This document shows, piece by piece, positions 48,367-58,504 of a stretch of 64,000 nt of DNA (positions are counted from its first letter, which is position 1; each line of letters opens with the position of its first letter). Source of the DNA: a virus (lineage: Duplodnaviria; Caudoviricetes); IMG/VR virus record IMGVR_UViG_3300011008_002712. The stretch is one strand, 5' to 3'. Made by a program: the position numbers and the translations under genes. The notes below the pieces were generated by a model. That model saw nothing but the letters and a program-made list of their open reading frames with translations, was not told where the DNA came from and searched no databases.

Positions 48367-48407
48367 CCTTTCTTATTAATTTTAACACACCAAAACAAAA
48401 AAGTAAA

Positions 48408-48716
48408 CTACATTAATTGCTTAAATATATCATGTATGTATTTGCTATTATTTTTAATGATACGTAATACATCTTCGTAATATTTTGTTAATAGGAGTTC
48501 ACAAGATACTGCCAATAACAAACAACCAACATTTTTTTTGATTGCTTTATATGTATCAGCAGAAAATGTTCTTCTGTATATGTTTTTGTCATAAAAATCT
48601 AATGATATCGTATTAGATTGTTTATAAACATTAATTGAGAGTTTCTTATATATGACAATGGAAAACTTATTTTCATAGATATACAAACGTTGTTTCGTAT
48701 TGACAGTATATTTCAT
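48408..48716 (-). CDS. hypothetical protein
   Basis: AAGGAGG RBS before MKYTVN. Confidence 0.65.
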   Translation of the reverse strand: MKYTVNTKQRLYIYENKFSIVIYKKLSINVYKQSNTISLDFYDKNIYRRTFSADTYKAIKKNVGCLLLAVSCELLLTKYYEDVLRIIKNNSKYIHDIFKQLM

Positions 48717-48787
48717 AATTAATCCCTCCTTATCTATTAGATAAATAAATAACATCATTACTGTATATAAACTTGGAGGTATATCAC

Positions 48788-49273
48788 ATGTCAATATTTA
48801 GTGATGCAAAAGCAGATCAATTTGTGTATGATGAAAATTACGACTATATTAACAACAAAGAAAAAAAGACTATTGTTGAACCAATTGTAGCATATAAAGT
48901 CCATGAAACTTTTGAAGTAGCAAGTGATAGGAATACTTATGGACCATTTAATTCTTTGGTAAACAAATTAATGGATGCTATAAAGAAACAAGTAAAGCTT
49001 GATCAGTTTGATGAAACAAAGTATAATGAAGATACATATAAGAATTTATTCGTAGATTTTCAAAATGCTGCTCTTGAAATGATCAAAGAAAAATTTGATA
49101 ATTTTGGATACGGAGAAGCTTCAAAAATTGAAGCAACAAAGGAAGATTTTATTGTCTATCACAATAATCCAAATTATAGCGGTGGTCCCATTGCTGGGAA
49201 AAATTATGATATTGTGGAAAAAGCTACTGAAGGTACTGAAGGTAGCGGAGACCCCCTCGAACCAGAAGGTTAA
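48788..49273 (+). CDS. hypothetical protein
   Basis: GGAGG RBS; terminator hairpin at 49277..49303. Confidence 0.8.
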   Translation: MSIFSDAKADQFVYDENYDYINNKEKKTIVEPIVAYKVHETFEVASDRNTYGPFNSLVNKLMDAIKKQVKLDQFDETKYNEDTYKNLFVDFQNAALEMIKEKFDNFGYGEASKIEATKEDFIVYHNNPNYSGGPIAGKNYDIVEKATEGTEGSGDPLEPEG

Positions 49274-49302
49274 TAAAAAGCTGCTCTTAATGAGCAGCTT
49301 TT

Positions 49303-49665
49303 TTATGCTGTTTCCAAAAATTTTGATCTTATATACAAAAGATTTATGTCTTTGATATCTTCGTCATTGTTTTCTCTAATACAGTAATTTGATAAAATTT
49401 CTTTAATATGCGGTGAGTAATGCTCATAGTATTTGCTTAATTCATTCATTTTGCAAAATTCAACTCCAAGCTGAACCATCACGAAATCAAATGATTTTTG
49501 TAAATCTTCTAATGTTTTGATGGGAGTAGATACTATAACATTGCATAAATGTTGTTCGTGCATAAATAAATCAAAATTCAAGAAAGTGTTGATTGAAAAT
49601 AAATCGTTATTATTTTTTGTTGAAATGATAAGGTTAAATTCATCAAAAGGTAGTTCTTGGTTCAT
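49303..49665 (-). CDS. hypothetical protein
   Basis: GAGGA RBS. Confidence 0.7.
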   Translation of the reverse strand: MNQELPFDEFNLIISTKNNNDLFSINTFLNFDLFMHEQHLCNVIVSTPIKTLEDLQKSFDFVMVQLGVEFCKMNELSKYYEHYSPHIKEILSNYCIRENNDEDIKDINLLYIRSKFLETA

Positions 49666-49666
49666 G

Positions 49667-49912
49667 TTAAAATCCTCTTTCTACTGCATATGCATTATCA
49701 TAATCTTCAAAAGCATCTTTTAGACAGCGATATCTATGTACATTAAATGAAAAAAAATTATTTTCTGTATATAATACAGAGAAATCATATTGATTTTTCA
49801 TAATTAATATCACGGTGAGATTACAAAAACATCGTCCTGCTAATATAACGCAATCTTTAAATTTATTTTGCAATAACATAAAATCTTGCATTGTTAAGTC
49901 TTTAAGTTTCAT
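49667..49912 (-). CDS. hypothetical protein (ends RGF)
   Basis: AAGGAG RBS before MKLKDL. Confidence 0.65.
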   Translation of the reverse strand: MKLKDLTMQDFMLLQNKFKDCVILAGRCFCNLTVILIMKNQYDFSVLYTENNFFSFNVHRYRCLKDAFEDYDNAYAVERGF

Positions 49913-50007
49913 TGTGTTCTCCTTTCTGTTTATTTTAGACAAAATATGCAAAATCAAAAAGGAGAGGAATTTAATTCCTCTCCTTCAAATGTTTAGATAT
50001 GGTTGTC

Positions 50008-50859
50008 TTAGTCTTTGACTACCAGTTCCTTATTGTCAATATAAAATTCTACAGTGTGGTCATTAAAGTCAACAAACTGATCAGGGGTAATTGCTTGTTT
50101 TGCAATATTATCACGAATTGTTGGCTCTAATCGTTTTGCAAGCTCTTCTATGGTAATAACATTTTCCATATCTGAAGCGACTCGTTTACCGTCCAAGAAC
50201 AACACGCACCAATCTTCTTGACCTTGTTCATGATAAGTGTGGTCATTCAAAATTGCATACATGCGCTCCTTAGGAATATTGATGTAGCTTGCGTATGTGT
50301 TCGTATTATTAAAATACAAACTTTGATTATAGTCAATTTCGACAGGAACCACTTTGTCATTGACAATATCAAAATAATACATACGTTGATCAATCGACAC
50401 GTATTCATAATGAGTCGGAAGATCATACGTAATATCATCCTTTGTTACTGTGATACGTACATTTTGCGAATCATTATAATTCTCATCGCAAAGGTTGATT
50501 GGTTTTTCGCCAGACAATTTTTCAATTGCAAGAGCACGTTTGTTCTTTTCTTCAAAATCTTTCAATGCATCAGAATTTTTCCAATCGCTCCACTTGCAGC
50601 GAGGTTGGAAGACATAATTTTCATCAATAGAAAATACTCTTTCAGACTCTTTTGTATCTTCTACCGTAATGAACAAATCATCTCTCCCGATAATAAAGCG
50701 TTCTACGCGCTTACGACCAGGACGATCATACATACGGGAAATAACATCTTTTCTCCCAACTTCTACTTGGCTAGGTTTTACATAATCACTCCCGTTCGGT
50801 TCGAGCATAGCATACCTAGTCCAAGCCTCAATATCAAGACGTGCCAAACGATTTAACAT
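50008..50859 (-). CDS. hypothetical protein
   Basis: GGAGG RBS; GC-richer codons; own promoter and terminator. Confidence 0.8.
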   Translation of the reverse strand: MLNRLARLDIEAWTRYAMLEPNGSDYVKPSQVEVGRKDVISRMYDRPGRKRVERFIIGRDDLFITVEDTKESERVFSIDENYVFQPRCKWSDWKNSDALKDFEEKNKRALAIEKLSGEKPINLCDENYNDSQNVRITVTKDDITYDLPTHYEYVSIDQRMYYFDIVNDKVVPVEIDYNQSLYFNNTNTYASYINIPKERMYAILNDHTYHEQGQEDWCVLFLDGKRVASDMENVITIEELAKRLEPTIRDNIAKQAITPDQFVDFNDHTVEFYIDNKELVVKD

Positions 50860-50942
50860 GTTTATATTCCTCCATTTGTTTTTTTTATTATATTACTTAG
50901 AGAATGAAATGTACACATCTCCAAGCAATAAATTTGTTATTC

Positions 50943-52226
50943 TTATAAATGTTCAATGACATGATTGACTATATTAACTGGAATGTTATAAATTTTTGCG
51001 ATAATAACCGTTGAGTTATTATTTTTGAATAACGCTATAACATTATACGGTGTCAATATTTTCCTTGCATCATGAATCTTATCGATTGTTTGTTCAATAT
51101 CATGGATTTTATCTTGGTCGATACTGATGCCATACATAGCAATCTCAAACAAAGATTTTCCAGTAACGAAAGACAAGTCGTGCAAGTGTATATTATATTT
51201 TTCGCAAAATTCGTGTGCGTTATAAGATACTTTTTCTATTGGCTGGATTTGCCGAGTATCTTCTTTTATATCTTGTTCGTTGTTTTCAATAGAAACATAA
51301 TCAGTCTCTTCTTTTGTTTCCTCGTCATCATCTCCAAAACTAACATCATCAAGGCAAATATCATTAACTTCTTCATTATTTTCTGTAGGAATGTTGTCGA
51401 TTTCTTCTTGATCTTCATAATATTTTGAGAGAGCAAAAGAAGAAAATTTAGTTTTAATATTATACTTTTTTAAATTAAGCGTAATATTTTCTTCAAATGT
51501 GTCAAACAATTCACACAATTCTTTTAAAGAATATTTTTCTGAAATTGCATCTCGAAGTTCATTTTCATTGAGCCACTTGAAAGCTTTTATGGTTCTTCCA
51601 ATCCCTCTGCGATTAAGCAGTGATGCCAAACTGGCAGACGTGACATTAAGAGAGTTTGCAAAATCTTCTACCTTAGAATAATGTTTAAACATATCAATTA
51701 ACTTTTTACGAGACATAAAAAGTAAAGTGTTTTTACTACGACCTTCTTTAATGCCATGAGACTTCAAAAATTTATAAATATTGTTTTTACTGATATTAAA
51801 ATGCTCAGCAATTTCTCTTGGCTTGATTTCTGGATTTTCAAGAACAAACCGCCTGATTTCTTCTATTTTTTCATTGCTATAGCCTTTGCGAGTTGCTTTG
51901 TTTTCTTCGGCTTTTTTCTGCAATTCTTTAATTCTTTTCCAGTCATAATCATAAACACCATCATCATGACGGAATAAAAATTCTTGCTGGTTCTTTGAAT
52001 ACCATCTTCTTACTCCGGCTTGATTTGCAATGACAATAATATTGTCAACATTGCAATTGCTTAGATCTCCATCTTTGTGAATAACTCGCTCATTGTTTTT
52101 CAAAGTGCGATTAAGAATTTGTTGTGCAACAAGACGATGTTTCATGATTTTTCCGCTTGATTCTTCACACCCAGGCAAATTATAAGGAGCATCAGCATAC
52201 TTGTTTTTTCCTGTTACTATACGCAT
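50943..52226 (-). CDS. HNH-like domain plus multiple HTH motifs
   Basis: HRLVA..IL.R.L...E.V.H.DG...N...DN; REIAEHFNIS and similar HTH segments. Confidence 0.65.
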   Translation of the reverse strand: MRIVTGKNKYADAPYNLPGCEESSGKIMKHRLVAQQILNRTLKNNERVIHKDGDLSNCNVDNIIVIANQAGVRRWYSKNQQEFLFRHDDGVYDYDWKRIKELQKKAEENKATRKGYSNEKIEEIRRFVLENPEIKPREIAEHFNISKNNIYKFLKSHGIKEGRSKNTLLFMSRKKLIDMFKHYSKVEDFANSLNVTSASLASLLNRRGIGRTIKAFKWLNENELRDAISEKYSLKELCELFDTFEENITLNLKKYNIKTKFSSFALSKYYEDQEEIDNIPTENNEEVNDICLDDVSFGDDDEETKEETDYVSIENNEQDIKEDTRQIQPIEKVSYNAHEFCEKYNIHLHDLSFVTGKSLFEIAMYGISIDQDKIHDIEQTIDKIHDARKILTPYNVIALFKNNNSTVIIAKIYNIPVNIVNHVIEHL

Positions 52227-52347
52227 ATAGACACCCTTTCCACTCTGTCAAATTCAAACCTATAATAATTCTAATATATTTCTAATTCTTTGTAAATAGC
52301 ATTTAAAAATATTTTTTTATTCAAGAAAAAGGGTGTCTTAGACACCC

Positions 52348-53064
52348 TTATAGTAAATCCATAAAATGTTCGGCAAAAGATTTTTTAGCTTGAATCAGTC
52401 TTTCATTATATGTATCGCTTCCATCATTTTTTTGGAATTCCGTAACATATTCATTGCATAACCAAGTTATATCGCGAAGAATAGTGTCCCACTCGCCCGC
52501 TGTTATATTATTAGGTACATGAGTGGTCGTTTTCCTATATTCGTCTAATAATTTTGGAATAACTGTTTTGATTAACTCAAAATCAATTGAATATAGCTCT
52601 GAATCACAAAATCCTTGTTCTTTTCGTTTCTTTAATGATTCTATTTGTTCTTTTTTATTTGCATCTGCTTGTATTAGAACTAACAATTTATCATTACTGT
52701 CAATAACATCATATAATCCATTACAAGAAGCTACCATTCTATCTTGCAACGCTTGACCATCAATCAAAACAACCTTTTTTCCATTATTGATAAATCTTTC
52801 AAGATTAAAAAGCATTTTTTTGGTTGTTTGATCTTCTACATTATAACGAATTACTTTGTTAATGTTTTTGACTTTCGCTTCTAAATCTGGATCAAGAAAA
52901 ACTGCTTGAAACAGCCCGAATCTTCTTAGAAACTTTTGTTTTTCTTTTCTGTCTAATTTTTCAAATAGTTTATATATCAGAAAGTTGTCTCTCTTCTTCT
53001 GGTTCTGATTCATTTGATTTTGATTTTTTTGATTTTTTTGGTTTGTCTCCTGTTTCATTTCCAT
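52348..53064 (-). CDS. hypothetical protein (start uncertain; overlaps NADAR by 95 bp)
   Basis: Long ORF with a low-complexity N-terminus. Confidence 0.7.
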   Translation of the reverse strand: MEMKQETNQKNQKNQNQMNQNQKKRDNFLIYKLFEKLDRKEKQKFLRRFGLFQAVFLDPDLEAKVKNINKVIRYNVEDQTTKKMLFNLERFINNGKKVVLIDGQALQDRMVASCNGLYDVIDSNDKLLVLIQADANKKEQIESLKKRKEQGFCDSELYSIDFELIKTVIPKLLDEYRKTTTHVPNNITAGEWDTILRDITWLCNEYVTEFQKNDGSDTYNERLIQAKKSFAEHFMDLL

Positions 53065-53473
53065 TTTGAAATTCCTCTCTGATTTTCATCAATATTTTGC
53101 CAAGCTTATTGTCGCCATTCCCTTGACAAATTCCCCAGATAGTATCATTAGAATTATTCTCATTGATTAATTGTTCATTTCCAGTATCTAATAATTTTTG
53201 TTTTAAAACATCATCTGAGAATTTGATTTTATTGATTTCATACATAATATCTTCTTTTATAGATTCCCAATCACTTCTAAGCAATACTTTTCTTCCTCTA
53301 CGAATTGCTTCTGAAGGAAGAAGCCTAGTGAATTTTTTTCGTAATTGTTCTGAATCTGTTTTTTGAGCTTGAAAAGCAGACTCGGCATTTTTATATATTA
53401 ATCCATTATATTCTATCTGTTTGTCAAAAAAAGTACTTAGAAAAGCATATTTATCCTGAAAATTGCTGATCAT
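52970..53473 (-). CDS. NADAR (YbiA-like) domain protein
   Basis: FLS.F..E.AFQA.K..W....M.....KF..L..KLL.TG..L...N..D..WG..N.LG.ILM..RE. Confidence 0.9.
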   Translation of the reverse strand: MISNFQDKYAFLSTFFDKQIEYNGLIYKNAESAFQAQKTDSEQLRKKFTRLLPSEAIRRGRKVLLRSDWESIKEDIMYEINKIKFSDDVLKQKLLDTGNEQLINENNSNDTIWGICQGNGDNKLGKILMKIREEFQNGNETGDKPKKSKKSKSNESEPEEERQLSDI

Positions 53474-53477
53474 TTTT

Positions 53478-54071
53478 TCACTCCCTTTTTTCTTCTAAAT
53501 AAGTAGCTGCAATATCTGACATATGCAACAACGTGACAAGCTTAAATTTTTCCATGGCATTACTAAGTGCAGTTTTTCCTTGATAATCCATACAACGTAT
53601 ATCAAATCCACCCATATGCCAATTTATGGCTAAAATTTCTTCCATAGATAATTTTATAAACTGCTGAGCAATGATAACAGACTTCTCTCCATGACCAGCT
53701 GGAAATGTATCATTTATTGTATAAACATCAACTTCTTCCCATACGCCATTGATTTTTTTGTTTCTTTTTTCTAATACATAAAAACTTGTTTTGCATATAT
53801 CATGCAACAAAGATGTTATGATAATAGAATTTGTATTTATGCTTTTTTCTAAATCATAAATATCTGCTAATTTAATTAGATTATGATATACATTCAAACT
53901 ATGAAAAAGGAGCCCATGCTTAAACGAAGAATGATATTTGCTCGAAGATGGAGCGTCAAAAAAATCATTTTTCTCTAAAAAGCTAATGAGCCCTTCTATG
54001 TTTTTTCTCTCTGTTGAAACCAACAATTCAATGTATTCTTTTTTGGCTATAAGAAATTCTTCCTGAGTCAT
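53478..54071 (-). CDS. HD-domain phosphohydrolase
   Basis: AP.S.KYH..GL..HS.NV, LLHD, GHGEKS, WHMG, D. Confidence 0.9.
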   Translation of the reverse strand: MTQEEFLIAKKEYIELLVSTERKNIEGLISFLEKNDFFDAPSSSKYHSSFKHGLLFHSLNVYHNLIKLADIYDLEKSINTNSIIITSLLHDICKTSFYVLEKRNKKINGVWEEVDVYTINDTFPAGHGEKSVIIAQQFIKLSMEEILAINWHMGGFDIRCMDYQGKTALSNAMEKFKLVTLLHMSDIAATYLEEKRE

Positions 54072-54088
54072 TTTTTAAAAATCCTTTC

Positions 54089-54367
54089 TTAAAAACTAAT
54101 TCTTATTTTATTTATTAACACATAATCATCATAAAACTCATAAATTTTTTTATTCAAATGAATTGGCCGGTGGGTACGCCTTAATTCATCTGGTAAAAAT
54201 ATAGATTTTTTGAATGGAAGTTTGATAATAATTTTATTTCTCGATGCGTCATACCAAACACATTTATCGATTTTTACTAAAGTAACGCGCGCTGGACTTT
54301 GTTTTAAATATATATACGTTATAAATACTATTGTACTTAACGCAATAATCTCTAAAATAAAAATCAC
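54089..54367 (-). CDS. small membrane protein
   Basis: N-terminal hydrophobic helix. Confidence 0.55.
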   Translation of the reverse strand: MIFILEIIALSTIVFITYIYLKQSPARVTLVKIDKCVWYDASRNKIIIKLPFKKSIFLPDELRRTHRPIHLNKKIYEFYDDYVLINKIRISF

Positions 54368-54429
54368 CCCTGCATTAGCATTGACTAGGAAGAAAAATAT
54401 GGAGGATAAAGTGACATCCTCCTATCTAA

Positions 54430-54828
54430 TTAATATTGTTTTATCGCTCTTATTATATCCTTAACAACAACTTCATATTCAAAGCATGACATTAGCAGTT
54501 CTTCGTTAAAAGAAACAACATTTTCTTTTAGCATTTTTATTTTGTTATACATGTCTTTATTATATTTTTCAAAAGCTTTTTTTCTTGCAATTGTTTTTCC
54601 AGTTTCTATAGAAAAATCATTAGTTTCATCTTGATTATATTTTGCTATTCCAACATATTCTTTTTTCAAAAGAAGCTTTTCTGGTGATACGATTAAAGAA
54701 TTATTTGGTATATTATTTAATTTATTGGAAAAAAGTTTTAATGCATTTTTTTCTATCTCATCTCCAGAAATAATGCACTTAATTTGTTTAGTTTCTTCAT
54801 TGATTTCATAACTAATCATAATTTTCAC
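54430..54828 (-). CDS. hypothetical phage protein
   Basis: GIAK...D.F..ETGK.IA..KA motif. Confidence 0.7.
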   Translation of the reverse strand: MKIMISYEINEETKQIKCIISGDEIEKNALKLFSNKLNNIPNNSLIVSPEKLLLKKEYVGIAKYNQDETNDFSIETGKTIARKKAFEKYNKDMYNKIKMLKENVVSFNEELLMSCFEYEVVVKDIIRAIKQY

Positions 54829-55008
54829 CTCTATTCTATTTTTATAAAAACCAACATATATAGTAATAAAAAAAATACATAATGCAATGTGTTTTTCTAA
54901 TAAAAACTATTTACATGAACAAAAAAACAAGTTAAAATTAATCTAATTCTACAAAAAGAGAAGTTCAACCAAAATTTTTGCTACTAATAAATATAGGGAG
55001 GGAGGCAT

Positions 55009-55677
55009 TTGGACGAGTTCGAAGATCGCATAGATTATGGTATTAATTACGTAAGAAATACAATAATAGGATTATCAATGAAACACAAACCTGTTATTGT
55101 ATCTGGCATTTACGTATACGATCCAGAATTAAGTTATTCTACATTTCTTAATATCAAACCATATAAGAGAGTAGAGGGCAAGACAATAGTAACAAAAACC
55201 ATATGCAATCATATTAGTGTATGGGATGAATATGTTATTCCTTATTTTGATTTTCAACCAGATCATAATAAACATCATTTTTATTTGATATGTGAAGCAT
55301 ATACTTATCAATCAAACGGAATAACAAGAGGAGGACTAAGGCCAACAGATCAATTGAAGGTTAATCCAATTATTCCATTTTCAGAAGAATACAAACTTCA
55401 TGACATACCACAAGATAAATATATAGATTTTTTTGATTTTGCTGATGGAAAATATGCTTGGATATTTGGAGAACAATTTATAGACAAAAAATTGATCAAA
55501 AAAGAAAAAAAGCATTTAAAGAAAAAACAAAAAACAGTTGATAAACCAGAAATAACATTGAATACGTTGAGCAACGGAGTAGTTATACCAGAATATCCAT
55601 TACACGTCAATAAACATTCTACTAAATACAAAAAAGCATTCCAAACATTGAGCAGCGAATGGATTATGAATAACTAA
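55009..55677 (+). CDS. hypothetical protein
   Basis: GGAGG RBS, TTG start. Confidence 0.75.
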   Translation: MDEFEDRIDYGINYVRNTIIGLSMKHKPVIVSGIYVYDPELSYSTFLNIKPYKRVEGKTIVTKTICNHISVWDEYVIPYFDFQPDHNKHHFYLICEAYTYQSNGITRGGLRPTDQLKVNPIIPFSEEYKLHDIPQDKYIDFFDFADGKYAWIFGEQFIDKKLIKKEKKHLKKKQKTVDKPEITLNTLSNGVVIPEYPLHVNKHSTKYKKAFQTLSSEWIMNN

Positions 55678-55694
55678 AAATTTTAAATTTGCTA

Positions 55695-55723
55695 TTTACA
55701 TAAGTCATTGAATGTGTTATAAT
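55695..55723 (+). promoter_or_regulatory. sigma70-like promoter
   Basis: TTTACA-N17-TATAAT, extended TG. Confidence 0.8.
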
Positions 55724-55742
55724 GTAAACAGGTAGAAGAAAG

Positions 55743-56978
55743 GTGGTTTGCTTAATGGCAAAAAAAGAAGAGAATAAGAATTATTTTTCGGTAACCCCTG
55801 GTGAAATGATCAATTTGTTTGTTGACATGTATAAAGGCGATTTTTCCAGGCAGCCTACTAAAATGCTTTGGGGCCAGCCTGGTGTTGGGAAGTCGCAAGC
55901 TGTAAGGCAATTGGCTGTTCGTCTTGAGCAGGAAACCAGAAAAAAGGTAGAAGTGCATCTCGTTTCTCTTCTCCTTATGAATCCGATTGATTTACGTGGT
56001 ATTCCTTCAAAGGCGCAAGACAAAAATGGAAACGAAGTGACTCGTTGGCTTCAGCCTGAAATTTTCCAGATGGATGACTCAAAGAATAAAATCCATATCT
56101 TGTTCTTGGATGAGATTTCCGCGGCAGTGCCAAGTGTTCAAGCAGCGGCATATCAGATTGCTCTTGACCGTCGAATTGGAGAATTTCAGCTTCCGGATAA
56201 TTGCTTTGTGATTTGTGCAGGCAATCGAGTCACAGACAAGGCAGTGGCATATACAATGCCAAAACCACTTGCAAACAGAATGACACATTTTGAAGTTGTT
56301 TCTAATATTGACGACTGGAAAGTCTGGGCCTATAAAAATGGCCTTGAGGCATTGATTATTGGTTATCTTGATTCTCAGCCGGACGATTTGAACGATTTCA
56401 ATTCTGACAATGACGATGTTGCATTCGCTACGCCGCGCAGCTGGGAAATGGTAGATGTATACTGCAAGACTGCGAATTTGATCGAATTGCTCGACGAAGT
56501 CAACAATGCTGAAAAAAATAAAGTGCATGATTCTCCTGCACATAAAAAGATGAATGCACTTTTCAAACTGATAGCTGGTTCTGTCGGAATGGGCATTGCA
56601 TTGAAATTTCGTCAGTATTTGAAAGTATATCGCTTTTTGCCCAAGTTTGATGATATTGCATCTGGCAGAATAACCGAGGTTGATAAGAGCCTGGCTGATA
56701 GGCTTGACATTCTTCACGCATTGAGTGCCATGATAGCTTCGCGTGTAACAGAATACAGTCGTGAAGGAAAAGGCACATGGGTTAGATCTGATGCGCGTAT
56801 TAAGGCAAACAAATACCTTAATAACGTCGGTAGATATATTGGTTCTTTGCCAAATACTGAATTCAAAGCTTGGGTGATGTCAGACATTTTTGCTGGTATC
56901 GATCCAGACTTTAAGCAGATTTTGGTAAAAAATGAATCGTTCATCAGCTCTTATGACGCAGTAGCACAATTCATTTAA
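55743..56978 (+). CDS. MoxR-like AAA+ ATPase
   Basis: GQPGVGKS, DLRGIP, LFLDE, AGN, LANR and TPRSW motifs. Confidence 0.92.
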   Translation: MVCLMAKKEENKNYFSVTPGEMINLFVDMYKGDFSRQPTKMLWGQPGVGKSQAVRQLAVRLEQETRKKVEVHLVSLLLMNPIDLRGIPSKAQDKNGNEVTRWLQPEIFQMDDSKNKIHILFLDEISAAVPSVQAAAYQIALDRRIGEFQLPDNCFVICAGNRVTDKAVAYTMPKPLANRMTHFEVVSNIDDWKVWAYKNGLEALIIGYLDSQPDDLNDFNSDNDDVAFATPRSWEMVDVYCKTANLIELLDEVNNAEKNKVHDSPAHKKMNALFKLIAGSVGMGIALKFRQYLKVYRFLPKFDDIASGRITEVDKSLADRLDILHALSAMIASRVTEYSREGKGTWVRSDARIKANKYLNNVGRYIGSLPNTEFKAWVMSDIFAGIDPDFKQILVKNESFISSYDAVAQFI

Positions 56979-57023
56979 AATGAGGAGGGAGACTATCTCC
57001 CTCCTTTCATAGAAAGGAAGTTT

Positions 57024-58436
57024 ATGACTAAAAAAATTTCAGCTCAAGAAAAAATGTCAGCTTCTCGTACCAATATTATTCTTAACTTTGGATTTTTTTC
57101 TAGTCTTCTAATGCATCTCAATGTTCGTATGGGCAATGAAATGATGGAAGAAATTGGAATGCCAACCATGGCTACTGATGGTGAAGAAATTATTTATCAT
57201 GAAGAATTCGTAAACAAGTGTACAATATCACAAGTTAATTTTGTAATTCTTCATGAAATTCTTCATGTTGCTCTTGCTCACATGTGGCGCAGGAATAATA
57301 GAAATCCAGAATTATGGAATATGGCATGCGATTTTGTTGTAAACAACGCCTTGAATGAAGTAGTTCAAAGTTATCAGCAAAATAAAAAGAAGAATGAATT
57401 ACGCGAAAATGAACGCGTTGAAATGCCAAAAGATGTTTTGTATGATAAAGCATTTGCAGAAATGTCAGCAGAGGAAGTATATCAATACTTAGAAAAAAAT
57501 GCAAAACAAATCTCTCAACCGCAAGTGCAAATACAAACTACTAGTAGTTCTCAGCAACAATCATCTGGCGGTGGCTTTCATGCAAACGGAAAAGGAAGAA
57601 GGAAACCAGATAATAATAACAACAAAACTACTGGTAGTTCTAACAAATCCCAGAAGCCACAAGGTCCGCAAGGTCAATCTGGTGGAAAGACATACCAGAT
57701 AAATGGAAAAAATTATAAATCTCCATCAAATCATAAATTGTGGGATAAAGCAGATAAATCAGATCAATCCACAAAAAATGAAAAACAAATGGAGTGGGGC
57801 TCAAATCTCATGCAAGCTGCGGAAGATTTGAAGCGTAGAGGATTCGACCCATCATCTCTAAAGCTTCATATCAATGCTCTTATAAAGCCTCAAAAAAATT
57901 GGAAAGCTTTGCTGAGAGATTTCATTGAAGAAGAAATCAATGATTATTCTTTTGCTCCACCAGATCGTAGATATGATTTCGGCGGGATCATGTTGCCAGA
58001 TTTCAACGATAAACAAGAATCGGTAAAAGATTTGTTGTTCTTTGTAGATACTTCTGGCTCAATGTCTGCGGAAGAAATAACAATATGTTATTCCGAAATA
58101 CAAGGTGCCATAAATCAATTCAAAAAAAGATTGCATGGTATTCTTCACTTTTTTGACTTTGATGTCAAAAAGAAAACATACAATTTCGACGATGTATATG
58201 GAGACCTATCAAAGATTATCCCGGTTGGTGGCGGAGGAACAAGCTTTGAAGCTGTCTTTAAATATGTCAACGCAAATAGAAAAAAATACAATAACGTAAA
58301 GGGCATCATTATCATGACAGATGGCGAATGCCCGTATCCAAATGAAAAAATTACTAAAGGCACGCCAGTGCTTTGGATATTTACAACAAGAGGAAATGAA
58401 CCTCCATTCGGAAGGTATACTACTCTGAAACTTTAA
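57024..58436 (+). CDS. DUF2201-type metallopeptidase plus vWA domain protein
   Basis: ATDG, HEILH, WN.ACD..N; DTSGS, GGGT.F, TDG. Confidence 0.9.
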   Translation: MTKKISAQEKMSASRTNIILNFGFFSSLLMHLNVRMGNEMMEEIGMPTMATDGEEIIYHEEFVNKCTISQVNFVILHEILHVALAHMWRRNNRNPELWNMACDFVVNNALNEVVQSYQQNKKKNELRENERVEMPKDVLYDKAFAEMSAEEVYQYLEKNAKQISQPQVQIQTTSSSQQQSSGGGFHANGKGRRKPDNNNNKTTGSSNKSQKPQGPQGQSGGKTYQINGKNYKSPSNHKLWDKADKSDQSTKNEKQMEWGSNLMQAAEDLKRRGFDPSSLKLHINALIKPQKNWKALLRDFIEEEINDYSFAPPDRRYDFGGIMLPDFNDKQESVKDLLFFVDTSGSMSAEEITICYSEIQGAINQFKKRLHGILHFFDFDVKKKTYNFDDVYGDLSKIIPVGGGGTSFEAVFKYVNANRKKYNNVKGIIIMTDGECPYPNEKITKGTPVLWIFTTRGNEPPFGRYTTLKL

Positions 58437-58504
58437 CGTGTGGAAAGCCGCTAGTAATTTTGCTAGCGGCTATTTATAAATTTAAAAAAAGGAGATGTAA
58501 AAAA

